From contig NC_087438.1 in NCBI RefSeq assembly GCF_036321535.1, positions 10,170,001-10,234,000 on the forward strand: a DNA stretch of 64,000 nt, written 5' to 3'. The position numbers were made by a program, and so were the translations under genes. The DNA is from Camelus dromedarius (lineage: Eukaryota). Positions 50,433 to 63,215 of the stretch are shown here, in pieces (the first letter of the stretch is position 1; each line of letters starts with the position of its first letter). The notes under the pieces were generated by a model, which saw nothing but the letters and a program-made list of their open reading frames with translations, searched no databases and had not been told where the DNA came from.

Positions 50433-50581
50433 CTAGAAGTCAAGAACCTTCTGGGCCCCAACACCTGAAAGGTTGTCAGAGGAAGGACGCGGCCCTTTCC
50501 TGGCCTGGTCCTGTTCCCAGGTCTGTGTCAGTCACTTCTCCTTCTGGAGTGATTCCAGGTTGTCTGTTTTCATTCCGGTAG

Positions 50582-50704
50582 ATGTTTGACTGGATCACAC
50601 ACAACAAGGGCCTGTTTCTGAACAGCTACACTGAGATTGGGACCAGCCATCCTCACGCGATGGAGCTTCAGACGCAGCACAACCACTTCGCCATGAACTG
50701 CATG
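50582..50704 (+). CDS. TRIO: TRIO coding exon 6 (123 nt, phase 0-0): MFDWITHNKGLFLNSYTEIGTSHPHAMELQTQHNHFAMNCM
   Basis: Acceptor tgttttcattccggtAG (50580-81), donor GTaaga (50705). Continues the EQDAEK|MFDWI spectrin-repeat signature. Confidence 0.96.
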
Positions 50705-50762
50705 GTAAGATGCTGTCAGGGCAGAGGTGTCCCGTCTGGGAAGGTGCCTCAATAAGCAGGAG

Positions 50763-51145
50763 ATATTTCGTATGAGATCACTTATATGTGGAATCTAAAA
50801 AAAAAGACAAACGAACTTATTTGTGAAACAGAAACAGACTCACAGACATAGAAAACAAACTTATGGTTGCCAGGAGGGGAAGGCGTGGGAAGGGATAAAT
50901 TAGGGGTTCGAGATTTGCAGCTACTAACTAACATATATAAACTAGATAAACAACAAGTTCATACTGTATAGCACAGGAAACTATATTTAATATCTTGTAC
51001 TAACTTATGGTGAAAAAGAATATGACAATGAATGTATGTTTATTCATGTATGACTGAAGCATTGTGCTGTACACCAGAGATTGACACAACATTGTAAACT
51101 GACTATACTTCAATAAAAAATATATATATATATATATATATATAA
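50763..51145 (+). mobile_element. 5'-truncated LINE-1 3' end with (TA)n-converted tail and TSD
   Basis: tcacttatatgtggaatctaaaa...ctgtatagcacagg...tatacttcAATAAA (51112-17). TSD aataa(g/a)caggag at 50751-62 and 51146-57. Confidence 0.92.
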
Positions 51146-52364
51146 AATAAACAGGAGGTGCTTGTACAAGTCGTGCCTAACGCACTGGTAGGAGACCATG
51201 CAGGGCCTTCACAGTTACTGATTGATGGTAGCAGCTGACCTCCAAGCGTGGGAAGTTCTCTGTGTTAGCACTGTTTAAGGAGCTTGTTGTAAGTTTTAAA
51301 TAAACAAAAACGAGAACCAGCAAACAAACAAACCAGTGAAACTTGAACCAATTCCTCGGCCAGTTCAGCTTGCGTGGTTTTGATGCTGGCATCTGCATTG
51401 TACCTCTTTGAAGCCTGCTGGGGCTCCAGAAAAGCTTTTCGGAGGCCATGTGAGTCTTCTGATCCCGTCCACTGTCAGTTTGCTGGCTGCCCATCTCCAT
51501 GAAGAAATCGGGTGGCCTGCTGCTCCCCTCAGGGGCCTCCTGTCCTCCTGAAACGTGAGAGTGCCTCCCAAGTTGAACTGAAGGACGGGGGTCTGGACGT
51601 CAGCCTTGCCTGGGATCCTTTGGCCCTCTTTGATGCCCTTGGCCTGTTGTGATTCAGTGGGGCTGGTGTTGTGAGACTGCAGGGCAAAACAAACCAAAAA
51701 CCAACCAAACAGACAAAAACCCCCAAAACCAGCAAAGACTTTTCAGTAGCACTCTTACTACATTTTGGAGGTACTGTAACTAAAATAAAACTACACGTTG
51801 TTCTATAGCATATATGGTTACTTCTGTAGACAGCTAAGCTTCTAGGAGTTTTCACTTTAGAGACCAAGTTTTGGTGTGGACTTGGAGCCAGATGTACGGG
51901 AGTTAGCCGCTCTCAGCCTCGTGACGCTTGTGAGGCAGCGTGATGGGGTCTTTGTTTAAATTCGTTCAGTAAGACGCCATTCAATTCAAGTTTAGTCCAC
52001 AAAGTGTGCCACTTCAGGTAGTTTCAAAGGCAAGATTAGCAATTCAATTTTGTAACAGACATTATCTCAACAGTTTGGTATCTTTTCTCGAGTTTGAGAT
52101 AAGAGAATTTTGGGTTGAAATGATTGAACGCAGGCACAGGTGAGGATCTGGGGGAAGCATCTTAGAAGGATTTCTTCCTAAAAAATTCCTACCAGTGTTT
52201 CACAATATTTTGAAACTTCAGCTCATGGCGAAAGGCACATTCAGTCCAGTATATCCCATACTTTAAAAACTAGAAATATTAAAATAGATTTTGAAAAAAT
52301 GAGAAATGAACAGAAAGTCCTCCACCCTCCAGCATTATTAGTGACACATTTTGGAATTAGCAGA

Positions 52365-52610
52365 AGAGGCAGCTTGTGGGGAAGACAGGAGCATGGGTTG
52401 TGAACTTAGAGGTTTTTAATTCTGACTCTGCTGTTTGCCGTGTGACCTGGGCAGTCTACTTAATCTCTGAGCCTCGGTTTCCTCATCTCTTAAGTGGGAA
52501 AAATCTCTACCTTATACAGTGTTATGTTATGTTATTTACTTTTATGTTATCCACTATGCAGAGTGCTGAATCCACAGTAAGTACTTGATAATGGGAGTTA
52601 CCATCAGTGA
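52365..52610 (+). mobile_element. MIR SINE
   Basis: gtgtgacctgggcagtctacttaatctctgagcctcggtttcctcatct core. Confidence 0.85.
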
Positions 52611-53789
52611 TGTTATCAAATCTAATTAAAAATACTGTTCATATTTTTAGTGTATTATAGTAAGTATGAAACTTAAAAGTATGGGTGATATCTTTTTTTT
52701 TTTTTAGGTTTAAGTACATTTCCTCATTGTCTACAATACACTTCTATTAATCCTCCAAGTAAAACTATTAGTTAAAAAATGATGTGATAGCCGTGGGCCC
52801 TGGGCGGATGACAGCAGTTGGGAGAGCTTTCCAGACCTACCAGCCCCTGGTTCTCAGCACCTCCTGTTTTGCAGAACTGGGGCCTGTTAACGTTCAGTCC
52901 TTTCTTGTGTTATCTGTAGTGTTTCAAACATTTTTTTTTTGACAAAGAAAATGAAAATTCTAGACGTCAGTGTGCAGAGCTGACAGTCTTTAAAGGAAGC
53001 GTATTAAGGGGTAGTAACAATTGTGCTCCTTCTCCCGTCACAGGTATTTTTGAAGGCGATGATGATAGATCTAGGTGTGGGTACCTATAACGTGGGGGGT
53101 GATATGTCGCCATGTTTGTATGCACGTTTGTTTCGGGCATGGGCCACCACACTTCTGTGTCCTGCTGTGCCTGACAGAGGTCTGGGTGAGGCACAGTTCA
53201 TAGACCAGCATGTCCCATGTGGATATAGAAGCACTGCAGGACCTTGTAACAGCATCTGGGTGGGAAGGAGTTCCCTCCCTGGGTCCCCCGATAGTGCTGT
53301 CCAAGTGGGCAGCTCTTCTCCGGATCCAGAGAGCATCTGCCTCTGCTCTTCCAAACACACCTTGTGGGTTGATTTTCCCCTTTAAGGATACGGAGAATGC
53401 CAAGTTCAGTGAGTCTGGTCACCTGTCTCTAGAGAGAACGCATGTCTGAAGGGGAGGATTGCTCTTGACTTAAAGGACACTACCTAGCGCATTAATGCCA
53501 CACAAGACAGCGAGGCCAGCTTCCCACGGATCGTGGCCTTAACTGACGGTCACCGCCTCACCAAGTGCCCTCTCTCCCTGCCTCGGTAGACACCCGGGCA
53601 TTTGTCAGCTGATTTGAGCCTGCTGCCCAGAAAGGCACCTCAGAGGCTGGCGTCTGTGGCTCTCTAATCCCTGATAAAGCGACTCCACCTGGTTTAGAAA
53701 TGGAGAAAAAGAATGAGTAAATGAAGCTACAGAGAAAGAAGGGACAAGGACATTCTTTAGGACGCTGACTCGGGTGGGCTGCAGACTAG

Positions 53790-54000
53790 GTGACAGTCAC
53801 AAGGCTCTTGCAGGGGTCCAGGTGCGAGGCAGTGGGAGACTTGCCCAGTGGACCGCGGTGGGAAGGGAGAAGGGGGAGGGGAAATGGAGAGGAGTTTGGG
53901 CAGGTTGGGTAATTAGATCTGACTTAGGGGCAAGACTGGAAGGAGCTAAAGATAAGTCTGAGATTTGGGGAGACCCATTGCGAGGTGCATTGTTGCAATG
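53790..54000 (-). mobile_element. L2 fragment
   Basis: aggctcttgcaggggtccaggtgcgaggcagtgggagacttg...ggagctaaagataagtctgagatttgggg. Confidence 0.55.
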
Positions 54001-54800
54001 CCTCACAGAAATAATAGCTGATGAATGCATGAAGAGCACCATCCTGGGATTTGTTGAAAGTGTGCGTTCCCCACCCCACCCCTTGTGTCATGTGACCTTA
54101 AAGAAGAATGCAGGCTCGAAGGGAAATACCATAGTGAGAACCTTCGCAAGAAAAGTGCTCTTTTTTTTTTTTTTAAAGCCTTGCACCTTTATGTTTGCAG
54201 TACACTAGTGGACTTGAAGATAGAGATTTCAGCAGAGGAGAAGAGCTTGATTGAAAGTTTGAACACAGCATTGTTCTGTTCCTACCCCAATTCATATCCC
54301 TTGGTGAAAGTGAATCTATTTATAGAAGATTTTCTGTTGGCACCAGGAAGATGACTTGGGTTTATGCAGAAAGGAGAGCTTGTTTTCACACAAAATAGCC
54401 TTTGGTTGCTAAGTACAGAGTTTGTAGTTTCTGGGTTCTAGTTACAAACTGCAGTGACGGGTTCCCGTGGTTCTGGGTGACCGCCTGCCATCTGGACTCT
54501 TTTCAGGATTTGAGACCAGAAAGTGAGTCTTGGTGCATTTGTGTGCACCCACTTCTGTGTGTGATTGCTTTGTGCCTAACAACGTCGCTCTCAGCTAGTT
54601 GATTTGTAAGTTTGCAGTTTTGAAAATAGAAACTGAAGGCAGAACTTCAGAGTGTATGGAAGTCCAGATAGCAGACACATGTCCTGTTCTCCACCAGATG
54701 ATTCTGCTGCTAAAATGGAAGTGTTAAGTCCATATTCCTTGGGAAGATGCCCCTTGCGTGCCTTCCCCGGACGAGCCCTCTTTCTCTGCCCCTTTCACAG

Positions 54801-54992
54801 AACGTGTACGTCAACATAAACCGCATCATGTCGGTGGCCAACCGCTTGGTGGAGTCGGGCCACTACGCCTCCCAGCAGATCAAGCAGATCGCAAATCAGC
54901 TGGAGCAGGAGTGGAAGGCGTTTGCCGCGGCCCTGGACGAGCGCAGCACCCTGCTGGACATGTCCTCCGTCTTCCACCAGAAGGCCGAGAAG
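54801..54992 (+). CDS. TRIO: TRIO coding exon 7 (192 nt, phase 0-0): NVYVNINRIMSVANRLVESGHYASQQIKQIANQLEQEWKAFAAALDERSTLLDMSSVFHQKAEK
   Basis: Acceptor ctctgcccctttcacAG (54799-800), donor GTcagt (54993). Lies within ORF 54747..55193. Confidence 0.97.
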
Positions 54993-55069
54993 GTCAGTGC
55001 TCAGCACCCCTGCCCCAGACCCCTCCTCCCCGAGCACCCTCCATCCACGCCCCTGATCCTCCAGGGCCC

Positions 55070-55295
55070 TCGGAGCTCTGAGTCAGCCAGCTGTGCTTCA
55101 GCCCCAGCTCCCTCACCCCTGCTGTGCAACCTTATTCACATTCTTCTTTCATCCCTCTGTGCCTCTCTTGTGTCATTTGTAAAGTGGAAATAAAATTATC
55201 TACTCGAGGGGCAGTTTTATGGTATAAATGAGTTACTTCGCATTAGGTGCCCTGCATGGTGGCTGGTACACAGTGAGCACTGATAATCCGTACCT
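55070..55295 (+). mobile_element. MIR SINE
   Basis: ctctgtgcctc...catttgtaaagtggaaataa...ggctggtacacagtgagcactgataa. Confidence 0.75.
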
Positions 55296-55361
55296 GGTGC
55301 TGTTCTGTCCGCTTCCTCCCTCCTCCCGATCTGCTTCTTCCTTGGGGTCGTCACTCGAGAG

Positions 55362-55810
55362 TCCCAGTTAGGACACTTGGGCAGCAAGTAACAGAATGCC
55401 TAGAGGTCAGGCTTAAACCTCAGGGGTTTTCTTTTCTCACACAACAGGAAGTTGCAAAGCACAGGGAGTTGTAGCCTCGTGGTGACGTCAGGGCTGGGTC
55501 TGCTCTTGGCCTGGCAGTCCTGGGTGTGCGCCGCCGCTCCCAGCACCAGCCCCTCAACCGCTGTGTCCAATGCATGCAGGGGTGATGGTGTCTGTTCCTG
55601 TCACTTTCATCGGGGTAGAAGGTCCCTGCAGCCCAGCATGCTTCCCCTCAGTTCCCTGGGCCAGGAGGGGGGTGCACGCCTGCACCCTGGCTGCAGGAGA
55701 GGGTGGAAGAGGACGGGTTTAGCTTTCCAGCCTCCCCTGCAGAGGCAGACTCTGCCAGCAAGGGCCGGGGTAGAAGAGTGGTTTTTGGGTAGACAGACGG
55801 TTTACGGTGT
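55362..55810 (-). mobile_element. ERVL-MaLR LTR (MLT1J/K-like)
   Basis: cagttaggacacttgggcagcaagtaacagaa...ggcttaaac...tctcacacaacaggaag; ggctgcaggagagggtggaag...tagctttccagcctc. Confidence 0.65.
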
Positions 55811-58147
55811 CTTTCATGATTATGAAGTTCGTTGCATGGATTTGGGCTTCACATGGGTTTCATCCGCTGGTGTGCTGGACATGTTACCATATTTCAGAGG
55901 TAGTGTGTGATGTGTGCCCCCGGCAGTCCCCACACTCCCACAGATAAGCAACTTGCTGAAATGAACACGCTTGGAAAACAGCAGAAGGAAAGTGAATTGC
56001 TTGTGACCCAGACGCTAGTGGTAGAAGGTGCGCTGGACAGTGAAACACCTTTTCGAGACGTGAAGAAAGATAGAGCACAGGAACTTTCAGCAACTAGAAA
56101 GACAGGAGGAAGAGACACATGATTGCCTTCACTAGAAGGAAAGATGCTAATATGGCTTCCTCAGGGATAATTTATTGGGGGAAAAAAACCCTGTTCATAG
56201 GGGTTTGCAATGATGCTTCTCAGAAGGGAATAGTAACCCTTTAGTCTAGAAATAGTCTCCACTGGGGAGTGAAGACACAGGAGGGTCGAGGCCCCAGCTT
56301 GCCTGGGATCTTGGCAAGGCTGCTGGAATGTTGCACAAGACACTAATTAGTAGTGATCTCAGCTCTAGAAACCTTTACAGTGTGAAGCAAGAGCGGAAAC
56401 GGAGTGGGATGGAGAGAGGGGAGATCTTAATAGCCTCATGTGAAGGCTGCGAGTGGGAACTCCCGGGTTTCAGTGGTAAGATTTTTCTATTTACTAACCT
56501 TGTGCCTGTAACTAGTTTTGTAATAAAAGAGAAACAAAAGCCCCCACACAAAACAGTCTGTTTTAAAGTGGCAGGATCCCCCTTCAGCATAAAACAGCAC
56601 TGTCGACATTCACCTCTGGTCCCTGTCATTGTCAAGGTCATGATGTATTCACTGGACATTGTTGTGAGTGGGAGATGAGCTGTGTGGTCCTTGCTCATCT
56701 GCCATCTGGATTGTAACATAGTAGGGGGTACCGCAACCCCCTGGGCGTGGGCATGGACGTGTGTACGTTGGGAACGGGCCCTCAGAAGGGTCCCTTAGGA
56801 TGATGTAAATAAATTTGAAGTAGGACAAGCTGCTTGGAGGAATGGCAAGTCATCTGAAGCATAATAACACATAGAGAAAGTCTCTTTCATAGACATGGCA
56901 GGCTTCAGAATTGCAAATAAACCCAGAAGATTACTTGCTGCTCTGACCTGCCTGAAAATGATATAGAAATCTGGGTGCCATGAGGCACCCCCCCACCAGT
57001 GTTTTATTATCAAAAATTTAAAACACACACCAAAGTCAAAAGAGCCTGGGTGTTTTTATTTGGATAAGATTGAATGGCTGTAAGTTACGGGTTTGAAGGA
57101 AATGAAGCTAGATGAATGCATGCTGAACGTGGCGTCCCGCGTGAGCTCTGGCCGAGCTTGTGGTCTCCATGCGTATCAGTGGCCAGAGAAGAAGCCAGGT
57201 ATGTGTGACCTCAGAGACAGGGTGGGCTAGTGAGAAAGGCTGGCATCTCTGACGGACGCTGATGGGACAGACAGTGCGGCCTGCACCAGGCAACTGAAAT
57301 GTGCAGGTGGGACCTCTGGGCAGCTCCTGGAAGTATTTACCCTCAGGTTCAAGTGTAGTGTGTATCTTCCCCTTGACTGAAATTCGGATCCATGGAAGGA
57401 GATCACACCTGCTGAGTAGTTTTCCTCTTCCCAAGAGAGGGATCCAGGAAGAGGTCAGCTTTGTCTCCTCTGTTTAAATACTTTGCCTTCTAGTTACGCT
57501 GAAGCTGTTTTCATAAACTCAGTTGGGAAAGGCCCAGAACTTGGACCTCATCAGTTAGGTTTCCATCATAGCCACCCTTTGAACTTCATCCAGAGTGCCA
57601 TGAAGAATTTAAATCTGATTAGGGGACGTAGGGGTCAGCTGTGGGACTGTGTGTTTAATGGTCTTACTAAAGGAAGCAGCCGTCCTGGAAGGGTGACAGC
57701 TCCCCGCTTTGTAGGTGAGCGTGCTGAGCGCCCGCCCGCCCCCCTGGCTCTGCGGGTGTTCTCGTGTTGGTGTCTGCATGTGGTTTTATAAATACACACC
57801 TTAAGGTTAAAACTGGATGAGGATGACACATCCAGCGACGTCTTGGCCATCCCTTTACTCTCACACTGTCATCGCCGGTGAGGTGTGTGCTGGGTCAGAG
57901 CATCAGTCTGCTGATCTGGGAGCACGGCCACAGAGCTGGTGGTTTTACCCGGAGGTGGTGTTTAGGGGGTCCAGCCTCCTCTTTTTTTTTTTTTTTTTAG
58001 TCATGTGTTATATCTCTTTATATTAAGAAGCTTCCATTGCAAATGTTATTCGAATTACCTTTTTATAAATCCGAGAGTTAAAGTGACTTGATTTTACCAC
58101 ACCTTAAAATCTCCAATTTTTACTATTTAAAAAAAAAATTATTAGAG

Positions 58148-58376
58148 CTGCGCTGTCCAGTATAGTAGCCGGTCACCATGTGTGGCTATTGAAGGTACTT
58201 TAAAGTTCAATAAAATTTGTTAATAAAATAATTTAAAAATTGAATTCAATTAAACTGCACTTCCTTAGTCACAGTACCCACATTTCAGATAGTCGGTAGC
58301 AGCATGTGGCTGGTGGCCTTAGTCCTGGGCAGGACAGCTGCGCGTTTCATAACTGCAGAAGGTTCTGTTAGCGCTG
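58148..58376. mobile_element. hAT-Charlie MITE (MER3/MER33-like)
   Basis: ctgcgctgtccagtatagtagcc...catgtgtggctattga; agcatgtggctggtggcc; gcagaaggttctgttagcgctg. Confidence 0.75.
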
Positions 58377-61300
58377 GTACAGGTTTACCTTCAGCGTGAA
58401 CCATAGATCTGATCACCTCATTCTATCCATGGCTTTAAGGGTCTGTAATCTGATAATAGCCAAAAACAAGACAGCAGGCAGGATTTGTGTTCTTTACAAG
58501 TGACAGAGCTCCGTAATACACAGTCTCGTCTCATCCTTAAACCACCCAGTGAAGTAGATGGGGCTGGTGCTGTTACCGACATTGTGTTCTCTTTGGGAGG
58601 CGATTCGCCCCAGCTGGGACTTTCATTGAGGTCTAGGAAAGTCTTTTGTTCCTGACATAATTGTACACTATTTCACAAACAGAGCATTTATATGAATTTT
58701 CTTCTAAAATTTCACTTTCCATACAAAATACTGGAAGTTAACATTTACTGTAAATGCATAATAGTATCATCTGGATAATTTTATCCTAAGTCTGGGTTAA
58801 AATTTAGAGGAAAATAGCACGAATACTGCTGCAGTATTCCCTTTTGCACTTCTAAGGCAAAGACTACACTTGTAATTGTTCCTGTTGTAATGTCGTTTCA
58901 CATTATTACAAGTAAAGGTCTAATTCTTGGGTTATAGTAGAACAAAAACAAGATTCTCATAAAACAGAAAGGAATTGGAATACACATATGCATGTATGAA
59001 AGAAGAAATTATTAATGAAAACAGATGTAAGATACTTAGAGTGATCACTGCATATTTTGGTTCAGGTTGAACCTGTCTTCTCCAGGTTACTCTGCTGGAG
59101 TGGTCAGACCTGGATTCACAAGTGAAAAAGGCTTCACCCCTCCTGTAATTTTGCTGAGCAGAGAAGGGAGCTCTTCTCTTGTAAAGGAACGAGGAGAAGA
59201 GAGTGTGCTTATTAATATTCAGGGAGTAGAAATGATGAAATAAAAAGAAAAAATAGCATTGTTATTTCTTAGAAATGAAAGCAGAAGATGAGGAAATAAG
59301 AAATAAGAAAGGAAACTCTAAAGTTTGAATTCATATATAATATATGTATGTAATTCAACCAGTCTTAATTTTTCCAAAGAGGAGAAAAATCCCACTAATA
59401 AGTGTTTTAAACATTTACATTCTAGGAAGATTCGGTCCCTTTGTCTCCGAAATCAGACTAACCATCTGCGCTCAGCGCATGCTCCGTTGGGAGCTCCTGG
59501 TGGGTGTGAAACTCACTAGCTTGGAGGGTCCCAGCAGAGCGAGCCCGGGTGGCACCCCCACTCTCAGCACATGGAGAGTAGTGGAATAAATGCTTCTGAA
59601 AATAAGTCTGCTAATTAGTTATCCAGGCTGTCTTTTTAAAGCTTGTGTGTTAATCGCTCGCCCTGTCTTCTTGCCTCACTTTTGCAAACCGGTTGGCCCA
59701 GGCTCCTTTCCTCTTAGATTGAGCAGCACCCGAGTGACCATTCCGCTGTGAGCAGAATCCCCAGGTCTGAAGCCGGCTCCTAATCTGAATTGATGGGGAA
59801 GCCTCAGATTCCCTTGCACTCTTCTGCCTCTGCCCCCATTCTGGCCAGATGCTGTGTGTTCACGTATTTTGGTCTACATTTGAGCATGTAAAGCATCGGA
59901 GACTAAACCGGTGCCCTGGCCCGACGAGAGTTCAGCAGCCACCTCTGTCATCGTCCTCCCCAATGTGTCATGCTCTGTGCTCGACGTGTCCCCTGATGCT
60001 GCGACCCTAGCCTGTATTTGTCAAGATGGTGAGAGGTGTCTGTGTGGAGGGGGAGTGTAGCAGAGTGGCCGGACAGGTTTTTCAGCAGATACACCAGCTT
60101 CCCCCCACTGCATTCACAGTGCACACTATCATATTAAGAGGCTCTGGGAGATTCTGTTCTATACGTCCCTGTTGAGCTTTGACACCAAACTTGACCCCAG
60201 GATTCTTTTCCTTTGCAGAATGCCTGCTAACATCTTCTGTCTCCGCTCTCTGAATGGGGATTGCTGCCCTGGTGGCCTTGGCTTCAGATCCTCTGGGTGT
60301 TCAGCCTTTCAGGAAGCATTCAGGGCCCGGAGCTTGCCCTTTGGAGCAAGGATTGCCATCTCATAAATGAAAGACAAAAATTATGCTTGTGCCAAAGTCC
60401 CTGTAAAACCATGGCCAGGTTTATTTCTGTCCTTGGGATGCTTTAGCCCCGTGAGTTTACATGTGCAGAATCCTTTTTCCCACAAGATTTCCATTTTATA
60501 AGCCACCCTGCCCTGTGTTTTTAAAACCTACCTACATTTTTGCAGGTAAATATAATCACGACCTCTCAGGATACTTTGAGAAGTTATAAATAGGTTACTT
60601 TTACTACAGATATTCATAAAACTGCTTGATTGTTTCTTTACTGATTGCTTCAAGAATTGGGGTTGAATATATTGAGCAGTCATTTTGATGCAGTAATACA
60701 TTAGTCTGACATGTCTGCTTGTTGTGAAGTATTATACAACTAAAACCTCTTTTCATCGTGTTATTTCAGAAGCATTTTAACCTCTTCTTAACAGGTCGCA
60801 ACTCTGTTTTGGGCGTTTTGCAGTGGCCAGTGAGCAGGAGATATTAATTGCTGGCTTGACCTGATTGATGATTTATTAATGATGGTGGTTAACCTCAGTC
60901 AATTCATGTTTGAAAAAGGTTTACAATAATTTAATAATCGGTGTTAAAGGCAATAATGGAAGAAGATAGAGTGAAACAGAGATCCAGAATACTTATAATC
61001 ATCAACTTGACCTAACTGACATTTATTTATAGAACAACACCCAAGAAAGACTTAAAAATATGCTTAAGTAGTCATACATGATACATGCGGAGGGGGAGAG
61101 GTATAATTTTATTGGTACTTCCATTGCCTTGTTAGGGAGGCATGGTAGGGGGGAGGGTAACGAGGACACCGCTGTGCCTGCATCCGTTTAGTCCTGTTTG
61201 AAGTCATAAGAAACCACATGCTATCAGATGACACTCAATGCCGTGTGAATTGATTACGACCCCTAAGATTTGTATAGAGATATTCTTCTGAGCCAATACA

Positions 61301-61916
61301 TTCATGATAAAGGGATTTTTACAGACAGTTATTACTCGGGTGACTGGTCTATCCTAGAGTGTCAAGAGAATCATAGCACATTTCTTCTCTGGCAGGTCAG
61401 TTACTCCATTTAAATAGTCACCCTCTGCATTCGGTGATAAGTAGAAAGACGGGGAAGACCTAGAGTAAGAGAGTGAAACCCAGAGAAGTGTGTCCATGTC
61501 TGTTTGACTTAACTGAGTTAACGTCTTTCACTGGGCCTTCTGCTTGCCTTGGACACTTACCTGTGATGGGTGCTCATAGGGTCTCCCTGGGAAATTTGGC
61601 AGTGATTTCTCAGCTATTAATGAATCCTGGGATGTGGGGGTGGCAGCGGAGAAAATTGAGGAGTGATTAGAACGGTGGCAGTGGCCCAGGACCACAGCCT
61701 GCAGCCCATACTCTTCTCATTTACAGGCAAAGTGAGACGACCCCAGTGACTCCCTGCCGCCCTCAGCCTCTGCGTCCTTCCAGTGGGCACAGCCGAGGGA
61801 GTTAGGCCCCCTTCACTCGGTCTCTTTTAATTCCTTTGTGCATTTGCTTTTGAAAAGGTAGAAAAATGGACCCCCTGCTCTTCCTGATGATAGGTAGATG
61901 ATTTCAGGTGTCTGGA

Positions 61917-61945
61917 CCCCCGCCGCCCCCCCCCCCCCCCCCCCC
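61917..61945. repeat. C-rich tract including C20 (61926-61945)
   Basis: Read directly. Confidence 0.9.
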
Positions 61946-62084
61946 GTTACCATTTTAATGTAAGAGGGAAGCAGGAGGGCCCCTTGCTGTGCAGCTGAGG
62001 ATGAAGGCAGGTGGACATGCAGATTCAAAGGTGGGATGGGAGGATTAACCAGGATGCCCCACACAGCTAGCGAGGGGCAGAGGT

Positions 62085-62260
62085 GCTCCCAGGTGTGATG
62101 CAGGGTCCCCTGAGGCTGGCGTTTCAAATGCAGATTCCTGGGCCCAGCCCCCACCCTGCCAGAACCTCAGCTGGGGGTGAGGATGGGGCTCAGGGTCCAG
62201 GAATCTGGTCTGAGGACTCACATTAATGCCATTTGAGGTGGAGACTCAACCATGCTCTGC
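62085..62260. mobile_element. MER5-family hAT MITE fragment
   Basis: aaatgcagattcctgggcccagcccc...ggggctcagggtccaggaatctg with internal inverted symmetry. Confidence 0.65.
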
Positions 62261-62369
62261 TGTTTGACACTCTCTCAACCACCCTTATTTCAACACCACG
62301 TTAAAAAATAGCCACTTATCAATGTCATTTACTGTTGATAGACATGATTTTTTTTTTTCACCTTCCAAG

Positions 62370-62501
62370 TATATGAGCAACGTGGACTCATGGTGCAAAG
62401 CGTGTGGCGAGGTGGACCTTCCCTCCGAGCTGCAGGATCTGGAGGACGCCATCCATCACCACCAGGGCATCTACGAGCACATCACCCTGGCTTACTCCGA
62501 G
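62370..62501 (+). CDS. TRIO: TRIO coding exon 8 (132 nt, phase 0-0): YMSNVDSWCKACGEVDLPSELQDLEDAIHHHQGIYEHITLAYSE
   Basis: Acceptor ttttttcaccttccaAG (62368-69), donor GTgcgt (62502). Lies within ORF 62322..62525. Confidence 0.96.
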
Positions 62502-63019
62502 GTGCGTGGTCAGTTCTTCCAGTAGAAAGCAGCACTGTTTTTGTGTCGTAGCACCGAAAGCTGCAAAAAATTAAAAAACTAGAAAAGAACTTACAGGTTT
62601 CGAGTTAAAACTGCATTTTCCTGGTAACTTTTGAACTCGAGTGGGAGGGGAACGGGGGGAAGGATAGTAGGTGAAACGGGGTGGAGGCAGAAAGCAAACT
62701 TGTGACATTTGTGGATTTTCTTTAGAGTGCTTAGATTTCTATCTGTTAAAATGAATGAAATTTTAATCTTACCTACTTGTATTTAGGAAATACGTGTATT
62801 GTATGTTATTCAGTCCAGTCAAACCCAGTTTAATCTTCTTGAATGAAACCTTCTAGAAAAAAGGGAACCCGATGCAGCCTGTGTTCTGGGTAGCGAGGCA
62901 CACACACACTGTTTCTTCAAGTGTGTTAAGCTGCTCGTGGTTTTAGGAATCTAAGTGGGGTGTTTTATTATTTTAGGGTAAATTAATTATTTAACGTATC
63001 CCTGCTTTATTTTCTGCCA

Positions 63020-63215
63020 CCTTCTGTGCCAGGCTTCGTTGTAAGGATGGTATGTAATCACTTACTAAATGCCCCCAACGCTGACCCCTCTTACTGACCC
63101 CACTGTTATGAACGAGGTACCTCGGCACGGCAGTGACGTGACTTGGGCCAGGTCAGCAGCTGTAGGAGGCGGAGTGGGGATGGCAACCCAGGCAGGCTGC
63201 CTGTGTGCCTTATCA
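63020..63215 (-). mobile_element. MIR SINE (diverged)
   Basis: tgtgccaggc...gtgacgtgacttgggccaggtcagcagct...gggatggcaacccaggcaggctgcct. Confidence 0.65.

Noticed and set aside
50551..50581. Upstream AG (50557-58) as the exon 6 acceptor
   Set aside because: It adds 23 nt and shifts the frame; the AG at 50580-81 gives the expected protein.
51296..51740. Two AAAC-rich stretches as a repeat unit
   Set aside because: Low-complexity sequence with no alignable shared unit.
58821..58839. Palindrome GAATACTGC-t-GCAGTATTC (also CTACTAAA...TTTAGTAG at 572-592)
   Set aside because: Isolated 8-9-bp arms are within chance expectation for 64 kb.
29959..62501. KALRN or a processed pseudogene instead of TRIO
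   Set aside because: Diagnostic residues are TRIO-type, introns are present and the spliced frame is intact.
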